Of a stretch of DNA of 64,000 nucleotides, positions 37,593-51,600 are shown in pieces. The stretch covers positions 13,702,001 through 13,766,000 of the forward strand of contig NW_024704748.1 in assembly GCF_018977255.1 (NCBI RefSeq), given 5' to 3'. Source of the stretch: Callorhinchus milii. Lineage: Eukaryota. Each line of letters begins with the position of its first letter. The first letter of the stretch is position 1. Position numbers and translations under genes: made by a program. The notes under the pieces were generated by a model, which saw only the letters and a program-made list of their open reading frames with translations, was not told the DNA's origin and did not search any database.

Positions 37593-39323
37593 ATTTGTTT
37601 ACCACACCTGGATTCTTATTGGGTCGTACTAACAATATGGTAGAACAGTTCATGAGACTCCTTCACCATAGATATATATTTACTAGGCTGTTGATATTTT
37701 GCACACATTACCATTAAATTCAAACCTAGGCAACTGAAATGTACAAAATCCGGAGCGAAAAAAACAATGCAATGACTTTAAATATAGGATCTATCTATTG
37801 GTCTCAAATTCAATAGTGATTTGGTTGTTAGGCTCACCAAATAATTGTTCTAATAATAATAGAGCTTTGGGGTTTTCATGCCTTTTCACTTTCACCTATG
37901 CCTGGCTACGACATCTAACTCTACTTGCCAGCATGTGAAGTTAAGGTGTCAGGAATGTTTATGTAGCACACACATTTCTAATTGACTTCAAAAGACTGGA
38001 TCTGGCCAAAATGTTGAGACTGGCAATTTTGAATAAATTTTGAATTGGTCATTTAAATTTTAATAAATGCACCAGTGCAGTGTGCTTTGGCCAAAATTTT
38101 ACACAGCATGCAGTGTGGACGTTCAATAGAGTTGTGTATAATTTGAGGCAAATGATTTCAAAGTGAAATTTGTCAGTATCGATGGAAAAATAGGAAACTA
38201 GCATCTGTTGAGATGTGAGGGGAAAAAAATGTCAAGCTTTGTGAAAATAAGTAAAATGAACATTGCTTCACATGCCATTATGAAAAGTGGCTTTCAAAGG
38301 TTAGTGTAAACTGAATTTCATCCCTGTACAGCACATCCATGTTTGCATGCACATGGACTTAATATGTCATTACCTTAATACCTAGGTAATGATCTTTCAA
38401 TGATCCCACCCTGTCATTTTATATTTATAATTTGGTGGCTATGCAATTTTGCAGGACCACAAGAAAGTTTCTGCAATCCTGGCCTTTGAGATTTACCAGA
38501 GTAATTCTATCATGAAACCTGTAATTGCCATATCTCATTTTCAGGAAGCTATCAATGGATGTTTCAGTAACAACTACATACAAGTAGAAAAATAATCATA
38601 TACAGTAGTACATCAAATAAGAGTTCAGCTAGAGTTTTTAAAGTGATTTTTTACAAGCCAATTGAAAGCTTGGATAATATGCACCTTTGATTTGAATGTG
38701 TTATCAGTCCTGTGACTCACTCTTACAGAACTATTATTCTACACAGACAGCCAGAAACAATGAATGGTGTGCCCACTTGAGTTTGTAAAAAAAATTAAAG
38801 CAATGAATTTCACTAGACAAAGTTTATATTCGTCTCTTAAATAAGGTCAAAATTACTTAGCTGTTAAAACAGAAAATTCACTCTGGTTAAAAAATAAAAA
38901 TATACTCAAGCAAATTATTACTTAATAGCTCACAGCACAATTTGCATTTCAGAAGATTTCTTATAACCTGAAGCCAATGTAATATATATATCAAACAATA
39001 TCACACAGGTACCAGTATGTCCTAGCTATCCTTCAATTCATGACCAAAATATATTAAGGACACATGAAAATATGGGCTTGTTCAAAATTGGGAAAACTCA
39101 TGCAGTATTCTTTGTTTAAATTTGTGAGTGCATATTTAAATCTCGAATATATACAGCACACCAAGCTGGTAGAAAATGAAGGAAGGTGGGCTGTAAAACA
39201 AAACTGTGCAGAGGGAGACTCGGAAGAATACACCAACCAGATGACTAGGCATGTGAAAATCATAGACCATTTGAACTATATGGGAAAATGACTGGTGTAA
39301 CTAGCTTCCTCTCCATGCTAGAT

Positions 39324-39601
39324 CTAGTTCACCTGAGAAGCAGTGGAAGAGTTAGCGGGCCGAGGCGTGGACAATAAAGGGACAGGAGAAGTAGCTTCAA
39401 TTAGAGCTGGATTAAGTATTATGGGTAAAGGCATTGGTGGAACGCCAACCTGTAATGAAGAAGTAAGAGGCTGTAGAATTAATGGGGACTGAGAGACTGA
39501 CTGATTCATGTCAGGTATTACGCTCATCTTCACTGGTGTAGAGATGGGAGTTGCTGCTGGAGTTATGTTCGTAGTTCCTCGAACTGGCACATTTTCAGCA
39601 T
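39324..39601 (-). CDS. GBF1: GBF1 last coding exon
   Basis: ctcag|at; ...[38 protein letters not shown]...SQVN*. Confidence 0.92.
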
Positions 39602-42600
39602 CTGAGGAGACAATAGGAGCAAAGGGAAGAAAAATCCCTCAGTAAGTTCAGGCATTATTCAAGTTATATTTTCGGAAGATTCTATATACTCAGAATACCT
39701 TTTAACAATACATTTTACTGGGCTAATTTAAAAATAAAAATAGCAAAAACACACTTTGAAAGAATAATAATTCAATTTACTAGAACTATTATTTGGTGAG
39801 TCGAACAACCAAACCACTATTGAAAGAATTAAAGGGGAAATTAAGAGGAATTAAAGAAAAACTTTCAAACACAGGGTTGTTTAAACATGGAATGCTTCCT
39901 ACAATCTGACCGATGACAAAATCATTGTTATTACTTCCCAGTACTTTGCAATAGCAAGTGCATCTTAACTACTATAAATGTCATATATAGTCACGATAAA
40001 GTGACTGCTTGGTGCTATGGACAGCAATGCACTTTGAAGTGCTCAGAATAAGACTGGATAACTGCCAATCCTCAGCTCAGCAGCCTCTTAGTCATGTGCT
40101 GAGTTTAGGAAGTGGGCAACAGAACATCTCCCATCATGCACATAAATGCATATATTCATTTTAAAAATTCAAAATGCATATTTATTTTTTGCAGAAACGT
40201 CTACCTTTGAAGGCAAAAATATAGAATTTCAGATTGTAACATCATTCAACCACGTTTGTTATCAAGATGGCTAACAATTATAATTCAATACCAAAGTTTA
40301 CAGTGATATAGAGTTAACTATGATTTGCTAGGCCCATGTTAATAAAGCACTCACCATTGGCACTGGCCTCCTTGGAGTGTTCTTGCCCAGTTGTGAGACT
40401 GGATGCGTTTGTTTCACCTGAGATTGAAAAGATAGTTGCTTGTGCATTGCTCACAGATTGCACTGGATTTGGAGTAGGTGGTTCCACTGCTGCACTGGGA
40501 ACAGGGTCTATCAAAAAAAAATCTTTTTTACCTCTTTCAAAAAAAATCTTCAAAAGTTTTTTGTTCAAAAATAATCCGAAAGTGAAACTATTGTTGGCAT
40601 GGGATTAGTTTTGTCACATAACAAGGGCAAATGGTGACTGAAACACATTGTTAAACTGTGCAAAATTATACATCTTTATTGAATAAACAAGATCTCTATA
40701 ACATTAATATTATGTATGATGAGTAGCACTGTAATATACAAATACTGAAGTTGCATTGTGTGAGTATACAATATTGCTCTTTCAGTGACAGAATACACAA
40801 TTGTTAATCAGGCTGTTTACCAGTTAAATCTTGAGAAGTTATGAGGCACCCTCCTGATATGAAAGGTGTATATTGGTGAAGCACTGACAAAGGTGTAAGT
40901 TAAGTTTCAGCTTGGCTCAGTTACAAGCATTCCCACTTGAGTCAGAAATTTTTGGGTTCAAGTGCCACGCCAGGTCTTTGAACAAATAGTCTAGGCTGAT
41001 CTTCCAGTCACTGGACTATTCACAGTGAAATCCTATGAACTTTGAGATGTTTCAACCACACAATTGGGCACTATATCAAATGTGCAATGGATGATAATTA
41101 TTTTCATTATCCTGCGAAAAGCTTCGAGACATCTCAATAACAAAATAAAATGCTATATCAAACACAAGGATAATTATCGTGGGGGAGAGATAAGTGGGCC
41201 CTCCTTCGAGCTGAACAGGATCTGTATTGCAGTGCAATTGCGATGACACTCAAGCAAATTGGGGCTTTGTCCTTATTGACACAGCAAAAGATGGAACATA
41301 ACAATAAGAATAACTGATTCCAGATTTTTTTTCAGTGTTTTGAAGTGAGACTTGTGTACAGTCTGAATGTGTCAGAATTCTCAGGTATATAAATATGCAA
41401 CACCAATCACTAAAGGGAAGAAGCTGTTCACCTTGAATTACTGCTTGTTTGAAGAGTTCATCTTTCAGACGAGGCAGGAAACAATCTATTCTTTCCCATG
41501 TGATCTCCCACAGCTGTGAATAACCCGTCCTAGAATCAGCACAATGGAAAATGCCAGCTGTATCCATAACCAATAGCATATTCTTCAGTGATTCTGGAAT
41601 TGCTTCTAACTGAACATGGAACAAAAAGACATTATTAGTGTATCATGATGAGTTAAACTACACCGTAAAGTGTCAGGACTGTTTTGTGGGCAAAATGCGG
41701 CAGTCAATTGCGCACAGCAGTTTCCTACAGTCAGTTGTGGATTGAGTGACCACATAATTATTATTATGTTTTGAAGGGATTATTATCCCCGGAAAGCAAT
41801 CCGCAAATCGACTAACAAGTGGGTTCTTACTTACTGCTAGGCAAACAGAGGCGCGTGTGAGGAGTAAGGAAACTTGCCTAAGGTTCTATCCCGCCTGGGA
41901 ATCGAACCCAGGCTCTCTTGCTTTTGTGTTTGCGTTTGAGAGTGAGTGAGTGTATGTCCGTCTGTGTTTTAATGCAATATGCCATATTATTATGTTATCA
42001 CCGATTCTTCAACTTCACACAAACTGGGATGGAAACATGAAAACTGGGAGATTCCTTTACTACCCCTCCCCCATTTAAATTTCTGTGAAGGTCATTTTCA
42101 AACGTACTAATGTGAATGTAAAATCATTTCAATACAGATTGAAAACTGCCACTTCATACCAGTAAGTCACTGGATCCTGCATGCATGTACTTGTCCATGA
42201 AATCCAGGATTGTTAACCACAAAGCAGCGAATGTTGGCAGAGACAACAATGGCGACAAGTGTTGAAGGAATACCTTGAGGCAAAAAAANTTCAAACATTT
42301 GCAACACGAAGCCCATACATATACAATCAAAAGACATTATTGGTTACTATTAATTCATATACAACAACAACAAGATTCCATTTATAGAGCGCCTTTTACG
42401 TCGGGAGGACGTCCCAAGGCGCTGGACAGTTGGGTCAGGACCCGAGCAGGGGGGAAATGGTCAGGGTGAGGCGAGGGAAGGGAGGGAGCGAGGAGGGGGT
42501 AGAGAGTCGAGAGGGGAGCTTAAGGCACGGTCAAAGGGAAAGATCTTGCGACCAGCCTTGAAGGAGGAAAGGGAGGAAGCAAGGCGAAGGCACTGGGGGA

Positions 42601-45600
42601 TGGAGTTCCAGAGCCTTGGGGCTGAGAGGCTGAAGGCCCGGCCACCGATGGTAGGGCGGTTGGGGCGGGGGATGTGGAGCAGACCTGAGCCAGAGGAACG
42701 GAGGGTACGGGCAGGTAAGTAATATACTTACTGCAATATACTTATTGCAAAAACCACAGCTCAGTGACACATATATTACCACCTCAGGGGCACTGCTTTG
42801 GTGGTATTATTTTGGCATTTCTATTTTAACTCATCATAAAATATCTGTATAAACCAAAGTGAAAGGGATTCCCACTGGCTTTTGTGTTTTCTTTATAACC
42901 TGGGAATTGGTGTCCCAGAAAAATATGGCCTTTACACTGTTTATGGTTACCTGGTATGTGGAGATAACTCCTTAATCCTCCTACTCTTCTCTCTTCCCCC
43001 CTTCCCCACACCCATCAATACAAAGAAGCAAATGATGCTTTAAAGCTGGCTAAAACATACTTTGCAGAGTAGTGTTGAAGCTCGCATTCTGGTCTCTTCC
43101 ATTCCTCCAACATCAGCTGGGCTGATGTTTTCTAACAGCTTGGTCAGCAGTGGAAACAATACCTGTGTGAGCAACATAAAATAAAATTAATTTAACAAAA
43201 TAAAATATTAACAATATTTCAAGTTCATCTCAGTGACAGAAAATAAAACTATATTGGGGGAAAAATGTTTTGTGTTTGCACCCAAGAAAATTAAACATAT
43301 TTCCACAAAACAAGCAAAAAAGATAAATTTTACATGATTACAACGACATTTATATTGTGCCTTTCACATCACGAGGATTGTTCGAAGGCATTATAATTTT
43401 TATAGTGCAGAAGCACTAATTCTGAAGGAAAATACAAGCAGAATTAGGGGATCAAGCGTATTTTTTTTCTCTCTGCCATGAAGTCTTCGGGAACTCATTA
43501 ATTCCATTTAAACTCTTTCTTTCTATAGTTAAATATCGTTACTTACCAAGCATCCATCTCCCTCCCTCCCTCTCGTGAATACCTCAATGGACTATATCCA
43601 TGGTTTTCTGACACAATCCATTCCGTATTCTTATGAATATTTTTGTGGATTCACCTTTGATTGGCATAGCTTTAATTTTATAGCTAAGTCCTCTCGTTCT
43701 GTATTCCCCAACTACAGGGAATAGTTGTCCTTATTTATTTTGTTAATATCCTTCATTATTTGGAACACTTCTGGTTTCATCATCTCCTGAACTCAAGTGA
43801 ATATAACCAATTTACTCAGGTTCTCATCATTTTCTTCAGTGGGTTTACAATATTGAATTATGATGGCCACAATGCACACAAAGGACAATATTGACTCAGG
43901 GCCATTTCTGAAGTTGGAGAGGCCTTTGTGTAGCCATACCAGTATTTCAAATACACTGATACGTTATTGAACACATCAGTTTTATGGTCTTACGGTCAAA
44001 TCTTTGTGACAGTAATAGCATTTCAGGTCATTTGATTGCTTCAGAGTCAACTACATTGTATTTGATATACAATAGTTTCTAAATTGCATTAATAACCGAT
44101 TATTCTTACAGCAAGTAAGCTGGTATGTACTTCAGATTACTCCCATACACATTTGAGCAACATATTACACAAGACCCCTATTACAGAAAGCCTATTACAG
44201 AAAGCCTTTGGAAGAGGTGTGGGAAGGATTCACCTGCCAGCTTCTCAGCTATGGAATTCTGTGTAGCAAGTGAATATCTGAAAGGACATGAACTAAACAA
44301 TGTAAGAAAAATAGTTTGGTAAAGAATATTTTAATGGACAAAGTTACGCAACTTTGGGAAACAGACAATTGTGACTTTCCAAATGTTGTTGATGGCACAT
44401 TCAATTTACATTTAAAGGGGCATCAAAATGAAGAATAAAGCTAAAACTCCTTGATGGTTTTTTAAAAAAATCATACCTTGTTAAAGCAGGACTCCCATTC
44501 TAAAGCATCAAGTGTTTGCAGATCATGTACTAATAGAGCCCTTTGTAGATAGGTGAGTGCTTGCATCCTAACTTGACGTCTAGCATCACAGCAAAGCCAA
44601 GCAATACCTGGAAAGATAGAGAACAAGTAGGATGTACACCTCAAAGATGTATATTTGAAAGAGAGTACTTCTGAAAGAAGCTTTCCAGGTTATATGGATT
44701 CTATGGCAACACACATAGACCGTATTGCTCTACAGACCTTTCCACAGCTTCTTATCCGTGATATTCATTGTACTAGATTATCAATATAAGGCAAGATAAA
44801 TGAGTCTTTTTTTCTAATGCAGAGCTAACTATATAAATTCAACACACATTGGTCTAGAGAATCAATATTCATCCAACAGGCTTGGCAGAATCGTGTAGCT
44901 CATTTCAGATCATCCCTTATTATCCTTAAAATGTGAATTTGTCAATCATTGAAATATTCAACTGTCGTAAATTGTACATACTGTATATCTGGAAAACACA
45001 TATTGCAGCACAATACTACAGCAACTCAAGTGTGGAAACTGGTTTGAATTACAAAAGTGTGGTTAAAATTTATATTCTCTATAATTGCTAATCATTGTAG
45101 AAGTAACTGAAGTAATGGCACATAATATCATCCTCCGGGGCATTGGAGTTCTTTTCTAACAGCTCTTGATATGTAGTCTTATCATTTTTTTCATTCAGAA
45201 TAAAAATAGAATTTTGGTGTAGCACATTCAGAAAGATATTTGAGTTGCATTATATTGAAGAATGTAAGAGAAGAATGCAGCTAACATAAGTACACTTATA
45301 AAATCTGGAAAATAACAGAATACTATCACTAATGTGTACCTAATTTACATACCACCAAAATATAGACTTTAAGGAATGTTAGCATTTGAATATCACAAAT
45401 GCCTGAATCGTAACAGTAGGGAAAAAAAACAAAGTGAATGTCAGATTTCATAGACAACATGATTCCACATATTAAATGTTTCCACAAATGCTTCAAGTCT
45501 GAAACAGCATGTTACACAGATTACCTTGCAACAAAGGACACCAGCAGTTTGACCACAAAGTACGAGCATCTGCTACTATTTTCTTTTCTGAGGCCTCCAG

Positions 45601-48600
45601 GTGGCGCTGTTCTTCAGCCCATGAGTTGTAAATACTGGCAGCTCGAGTGTGTAGTGTATGCATCAAATCGAGAAGCTATGAAACAAGAAAGTATGGAATA
45701 AGAAAAGTTCATTCAACCCACAAAGCTTCCTCCATTGATGATGCAATGTGCACCTTATCGAGGAATCATTTCCACCTACTCCATCTCCTGGATGAAAGTT
45801 CTGCTCAGATATTCCTTGATGCCCAAAAGTAATCAAAGAAAAGATACAGTATATTCATGCATCACCACTATACCACCCTGGCCTCCGTCCTGCCATAGAT
45901 GCCCGTCCTCTGAGAGGACAGAAACAGTTGTGAGCCTGCAGTATTGAGACGTCCTGCTGACGTGATTAAAAGGGGCTCTACCAAATGTAAGGATTAATAT
46001 TTTTTCTCCATCTCTAAATCCATCAATACTCTTCCTAAGTATATATATATATATATCCTTTTTTTAAGGAATGAATTGGATTCAAAATATCTACTATTAA
46101 TAAATTCTTTATTTAAACTAGCTCTGCTTGATACTGATTAATTTTAAACCAACTCCCTCTAATTTTTATCTCATAGTGAATGTTAAATAGCCTGCTTATA
46201 TCGATATCATTCATGCCTCACATTCATCCGTTTTTTAAAATTAAAAAGTAGCTCATCTCTGAGCCAACTCCCTTTACAGCTGAGGCCCAAATGACAGAAT
46301 CATCTTTTTGCTCTTATTTATTAATGGCCCTTCTCAAGCAAGTCAATGTCCTTGGGCAGATCAGGTGCCCAAAACTGCACTAATATTTAAGTGAGTACCA
46401 AACAGTGTAGTTACCAAATAAACTTTAAGTTACAGATAAAAACAAAACCTAAACTATAATTTTATATTTTAAATATTTACCTGTATGACAGATATAACAT
46501 CAGCTCATATAAATACACGTATTTACAGCACTGATTAAAGCTTCCCACCGCATCTTCTAATGTCCCTTTTAAACTATGTAGCAAATCCAACAAAAACCAC
46601 AGCCAGGGGCAAAGCAACACAGGAAATGTCACTATATTAAAATGTTTCCGAAACACAGCATTATAGCAATGTCAAGCAGAACTAGTCACAATGGGCCAAA
46701 TGGCCTTCTTCTGTGCTGTATATTTCTAGTCCCTCTAACCTACTCATAAGGTTTGTTTGATTATCTCTAAATCTAGTAACACTGAAGTCGTGCAGTTGAC
46801 GGAAACTTGTCCGATTCCTTCTTGAAACACACCACAGTACTGTCATTTATCGTTCCACCAACTATCCTGATCATTGTTGCACTTTTAAGAGAACAAGGCT
46901 GTGAACTATCGGTAGAACACCACTTACACTTAAAAGTTCTGTGATAGCTATGAATGGATTATTGTGTTTACAAACTCATCTAACTTTACAGAAACAATCA
47001 TGCAGTAGTTTTTAAACAGAAAACAGACCAAGAGAAGGATCAGAAATCTAAACAAGTAAATGGAAAAGCACTAGTAAATTATAGACATATAAATGTGGGT
47101 TCTGGATGTGAATCTACATAAAGCTTAAAAAGTCAAAACAGAACATCTGATTGCATCAAAATATCAACACCCTGCGGGCATAAACAAATAATGTGTATGG
47201 CAAAAATGGAATTGTATGAATCAGCTTTGTGTCTGCAATTTCCCACAAACTGAAATTCTAATCTCAGCTAGACTGTTAGGGGTGAAACATTTCCTGCATG
47301 GGGTAAGGAAATTGAAAACGTATGTGAAAAACAATTCACATTCCACTAGGTCACGATCACATGTCTCCCAATATCAAGTTACAGAAAGGTGCAACTTGGG
47401 GGGAAAAAAATCAAATCCATTCAACTCATGAGGTTAAAAAGTGATAGTATACCTTTAGTGAGAACAAGAAGTGTGAATGCTGATAAAAAGCATTGAGAAC
47501 AGGAATGGGAAAGGGTTTCTATACTTACGTCCTGACTAACCTGTAATGACACAGTATGGTAACTTGCTGGGACACTTTCATCCTCCTCATCATCACTATG
47601 TGACCTTGATGGACGGTGACTAAAGGTCTTTGACCGCTTCATGGAATTATCCTTGTCTTTTTGCTTCTTCTTCAGTCGGTTAGGTTTATCAAATTTATAC
47701 ATTTTAGACTTTTTTTCATGCGATTTGTACCCTACAAGTTGGACCAAACCAATAACACATTACATAAATGCCTACACAGATTCCAATACCATTTCAGAGA
47801 AGAAAAACAAAAACAGATGAGCATATTGGATTTACTGAATGATATTTTGAAACTGTAAAAGCACATTTCTAAATCACGTAGCACATTATTACTAAACGTT
47901 TACTAATATTAGTTATATTTTACTTAGTAATCACAAACGTAGCTTTGTAATAATAGTTTTAGGGGAGATTTTAAAAAAAACATCTTTTACAAACTTACCC
48001 CCATTCAGATTTGCCTCTACAAAGATGCGAATAGTTTTTACACACAGTTCAAAGTTTTCCGGTGTCACATGGGCTGCATCACGAACAATAAAAGAGAGTG
48101 ATTCCACACATTTGATGAGTGACTTGGTATCATGCGAACCCAATTCTTGTCCCAGAGTTAGGCTGTACTGATTGACTAAGAGAGAAGGGCCCTGCTTGGT
48201 ATCTTGACCAGGTTTATTTATTTCCAAGTCATCTTTTCCTACCTGCAAACAACAAAAGCAACTGCTGCTTACTAACTATAAGCAACACGATTCACTTTAA
48301 AACCGTTGAATAAACACATTATAAAATCCTTGATAAAAAACCCCTGATGCAAATAAATATGCACAAATGTGGCTGAGAAAAAAAGGGGGTAGAGAGAAGA
48401 AATATTTTTACATAGAAGGTGGTGTCTTTGGAATGCCTTATCACAAATGCAATTCAAAATGGGTCTTTAAATATTCAAGAAAATTTTAAAAATACTTGAT
48501 GAAAATAATACTAAGGACTAAAAGGAAAGAGCAGGGGAAGGGAGCTAGAGTATTTAACTCTGATGGATTGCTAACACCAAGCAGAGATATAAAAAGGTAT

Positions 48601-51600
48601 AGGACTGTTATCAGCAGTTCACAAAACTGACAGGGATAGCCAAAAGGCACCATTCTGCTCTGTCAGTTTCATGCGGGAAATCATACAGGAATCTGTTTTC
48701 CTTGAAAACATCTAAAAGTGCATAAAAGTATGCTAAAAAAAGTAATAAAAGCTTATGTGCAGTTAACTTAAATTGTTAACACTGATTTACAGCTGACTGG
48801 TAAGTTACTTATGGGTTGGTAAAATCTCAACTTTTTGAAATGAACTTGTAAAACAGATGTAAAAGTCCATAAACAGCTAGCAACACATTATGAAGTTACA
48901 AGGATCCAAAAAGAATCTGCTCACATCAGCAGTGTCTGCCAAGACACAGAGCTAAAAGTCTCCAAATGAGGTTTAAATCTACAACCTAGGGTAGGACTGC
49001 TACCAATTGAGCCAATAATCTCATCTAACACTCAAAACTCTCAGCGTAATCGAGCTTTTCGCCTTTTATCACAAACATTGCCTTTTTAAACTGTACTTAT
49101 GATTCAGTACCCACAGATAATAGCAGTTACTTGTTACCAATCTTGCAGTGTTTGTCTAATTTATGTCAGTCGATGATGAACAGTACTGATAACAGAAGAA
49201 TCAGTATTCAATAACATCGATAACATAAAACAAAAAAGTCAAGTCACGTTAGTTTACTTATTTTGAGACTTACCACAAGCCAACCACTGCTGGCCACGTC
49301 AACGTCAGTAACAGAGCGATGCATTTTCGTCTGCTTGCCATGTTCAGCATAGACTTCTGAGTCTGAAGTATACCCACGATCTAAACTAATTTCGCTGGGG
49401 TGATAAGATGCAATCTCACTATCAGATTGTGCACCTTTAATGAAAAATAGCAATATATTATAAACTTGGCAGCATGCTATTATTATTATTATATTATTAA
49501 CATTGCAGTTGTTTGCTTCAGTGTAGTAGATTATGGGTTCATGCCTCTGATACCCTAGATTTCAATTAGCAAACTTTGCCCTAGCAGGAAAAGTGCTGAG
49601 CAAGGTGTTGATGGGGGTAATTAAGAGGGCAATTCACCCTGGAATTATCTTAATTAGCTTCTGGTAGCTGGATCAAGAGTTGCATAAACCCAAGGATTAA
49701 GTTGTTTGTCCAACCTGAAGGGAAATCAATGTTTGTCAAAAGAGGTCTTTACAGTGGCGGAGACTATCACCAAGCCAGGGCGAGGTGACCGTAGGTACGG
49801 TTGAAGAGGAAGAACTTCAGGCGTGATGTGAAAACGGGGAAGGAGGAAGCAAGACGGATGGATTGAGGGATTGAAGTTTTGGGGTGTCGTGGCTAAAAGC
49901 ATAGCCACCAATGGTGGAACGGAGGGGACAAGGGACAAGCAGGAGACTGGAGAAGCAAAGCAGAGGCGGTAGATAGTGGAGTGGGGAGCAAATAGGTTGG
50001 AGAGGTAGGGAAGTGCCAGGGCATGAAGGGAATTGTAGACACGTGTGAGGATCTTGAAGCCTATCTGTTCTATGACAGGGAACCAGTGAAGCTCAGCAAA
50101 GACTGGTGCGATGGGGGTACGGAGTTAAGTGCGGACAGCGGAGTTCAGAATTGATTGGATTTTGTGGAAAGTGGCACTTAAAATAATAATCCTTGCATTT
50201 GATATAGCGCTTTTCACATCTTCTAGACATCTTAAAGCGCTTCACAGAATATGTGGTTAAGTGAATTGACTGTACATTTGTGGGCGAAACATGGCAGCCA
50301 ATTGCGCACAGCAGTGTCCCACAAACAGTTGTGGATTGAAAATGACCAATTTATTTTCTTTTTGCTTTGGAGGGATTATTATTAGGCATGTGGAGTAAGG
50401 AAAATTGCCCAAGGTTTTGCCCTGCCTGGAATTGAACCCAGGTGTCTGGCTTGCAAGGCAAGTGCTCTAACCACTGAGCTACAGGACTTCACTTAAGGAC
50501 ACTGGCGAGAAGGGCACGGGAATAATCCCAACATGTAACTTAAATCCACATCCTTCAGACTCAGAGGTGAGAGTGCTTCCAACTGAGACAGACTGAAAAT
50601 GTTGTCTAATAAGTAAGCAGTAAGATTTCATAATATCCTTCACTTATTTAATGGAATCTTCTCTAGATCCATAAACGGTTAGTAAAATATTGAGTATCTA
50701 ATTCAAAGTGGGATAACTATGGTTGTATCTACAGCTGAAGTAATTGAGCTAGACCACTAAATGTTCACCTTCTCCCAATGCAGCTTAGACTTGATTTCAA
50801 ATAAGTTTCCCCAGTGTCCATTTTACTTTAAATGGTGACTCTGCACAGAACATTTTTTCATAAAGTAGAAGGATTGCTTAGAAGTAATTTGTTCTGGAAA
50901 TTCATCTAACCTGCATCACTGTTATCAACTCCAGTTGTGATCTGTAGAGCTGGGGGTGGTTTGACTCCAGCTCCAATACATTCTAAGAGAGTGAACAAGG
51001 TACACCAGTCGTCACTGCAGTGTATATTAGCAGCATTGGTCTTTAACAACTCGTGCAGGCCATATGCAATTTGCCGACTCACTCTTGACAGGACATTTGG
51101 TTTCATCATAAGTAAAATTCTCAAGGATAGGAGAACCTAAAAAAAAGCAGATTCTATTTTTGCATACATATCCTTATTCAATCATGGTATTTGATGCTTC
51201 CATATTTTTAGACAACAAATGAGGCCCTCCAACTGGCATTGCTATCACTTTGAGTAGCTACAATGAACCCAACCCAATGTGTTTTAAAAAACACATGTAC
51301 AAAATAAGTTGACTTGCTTCTTTTATACAGAGATTTCAGGAATATCAAATTGAACAATTTGCAGTTTAACAGAATGGAATCGAATAGAAGCACAGAACCA
51401 AATGTAAAAGTGATTGTGACTATAAATAGTGACTATATTTTAATGATCAATAAAAAGTATCTAAAAGGAGTAATTAGAAGACAGCACCTAAAATATTTTG
51501 TGTTAAAAAATCTAACAGGTCAGATTTGTTGATATTAAACATTCATATTATAGTCTTCTGCTCTTTTAACATTGGTTACATACATACACTCAAAGTTTCA

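Noticed and set aside
44177-44207. 14-bp tandem duplication (cctattacagaaag x2); a similar one lies near 36572-36610
   Set aside because: Ordinary slippage duplications, not an array
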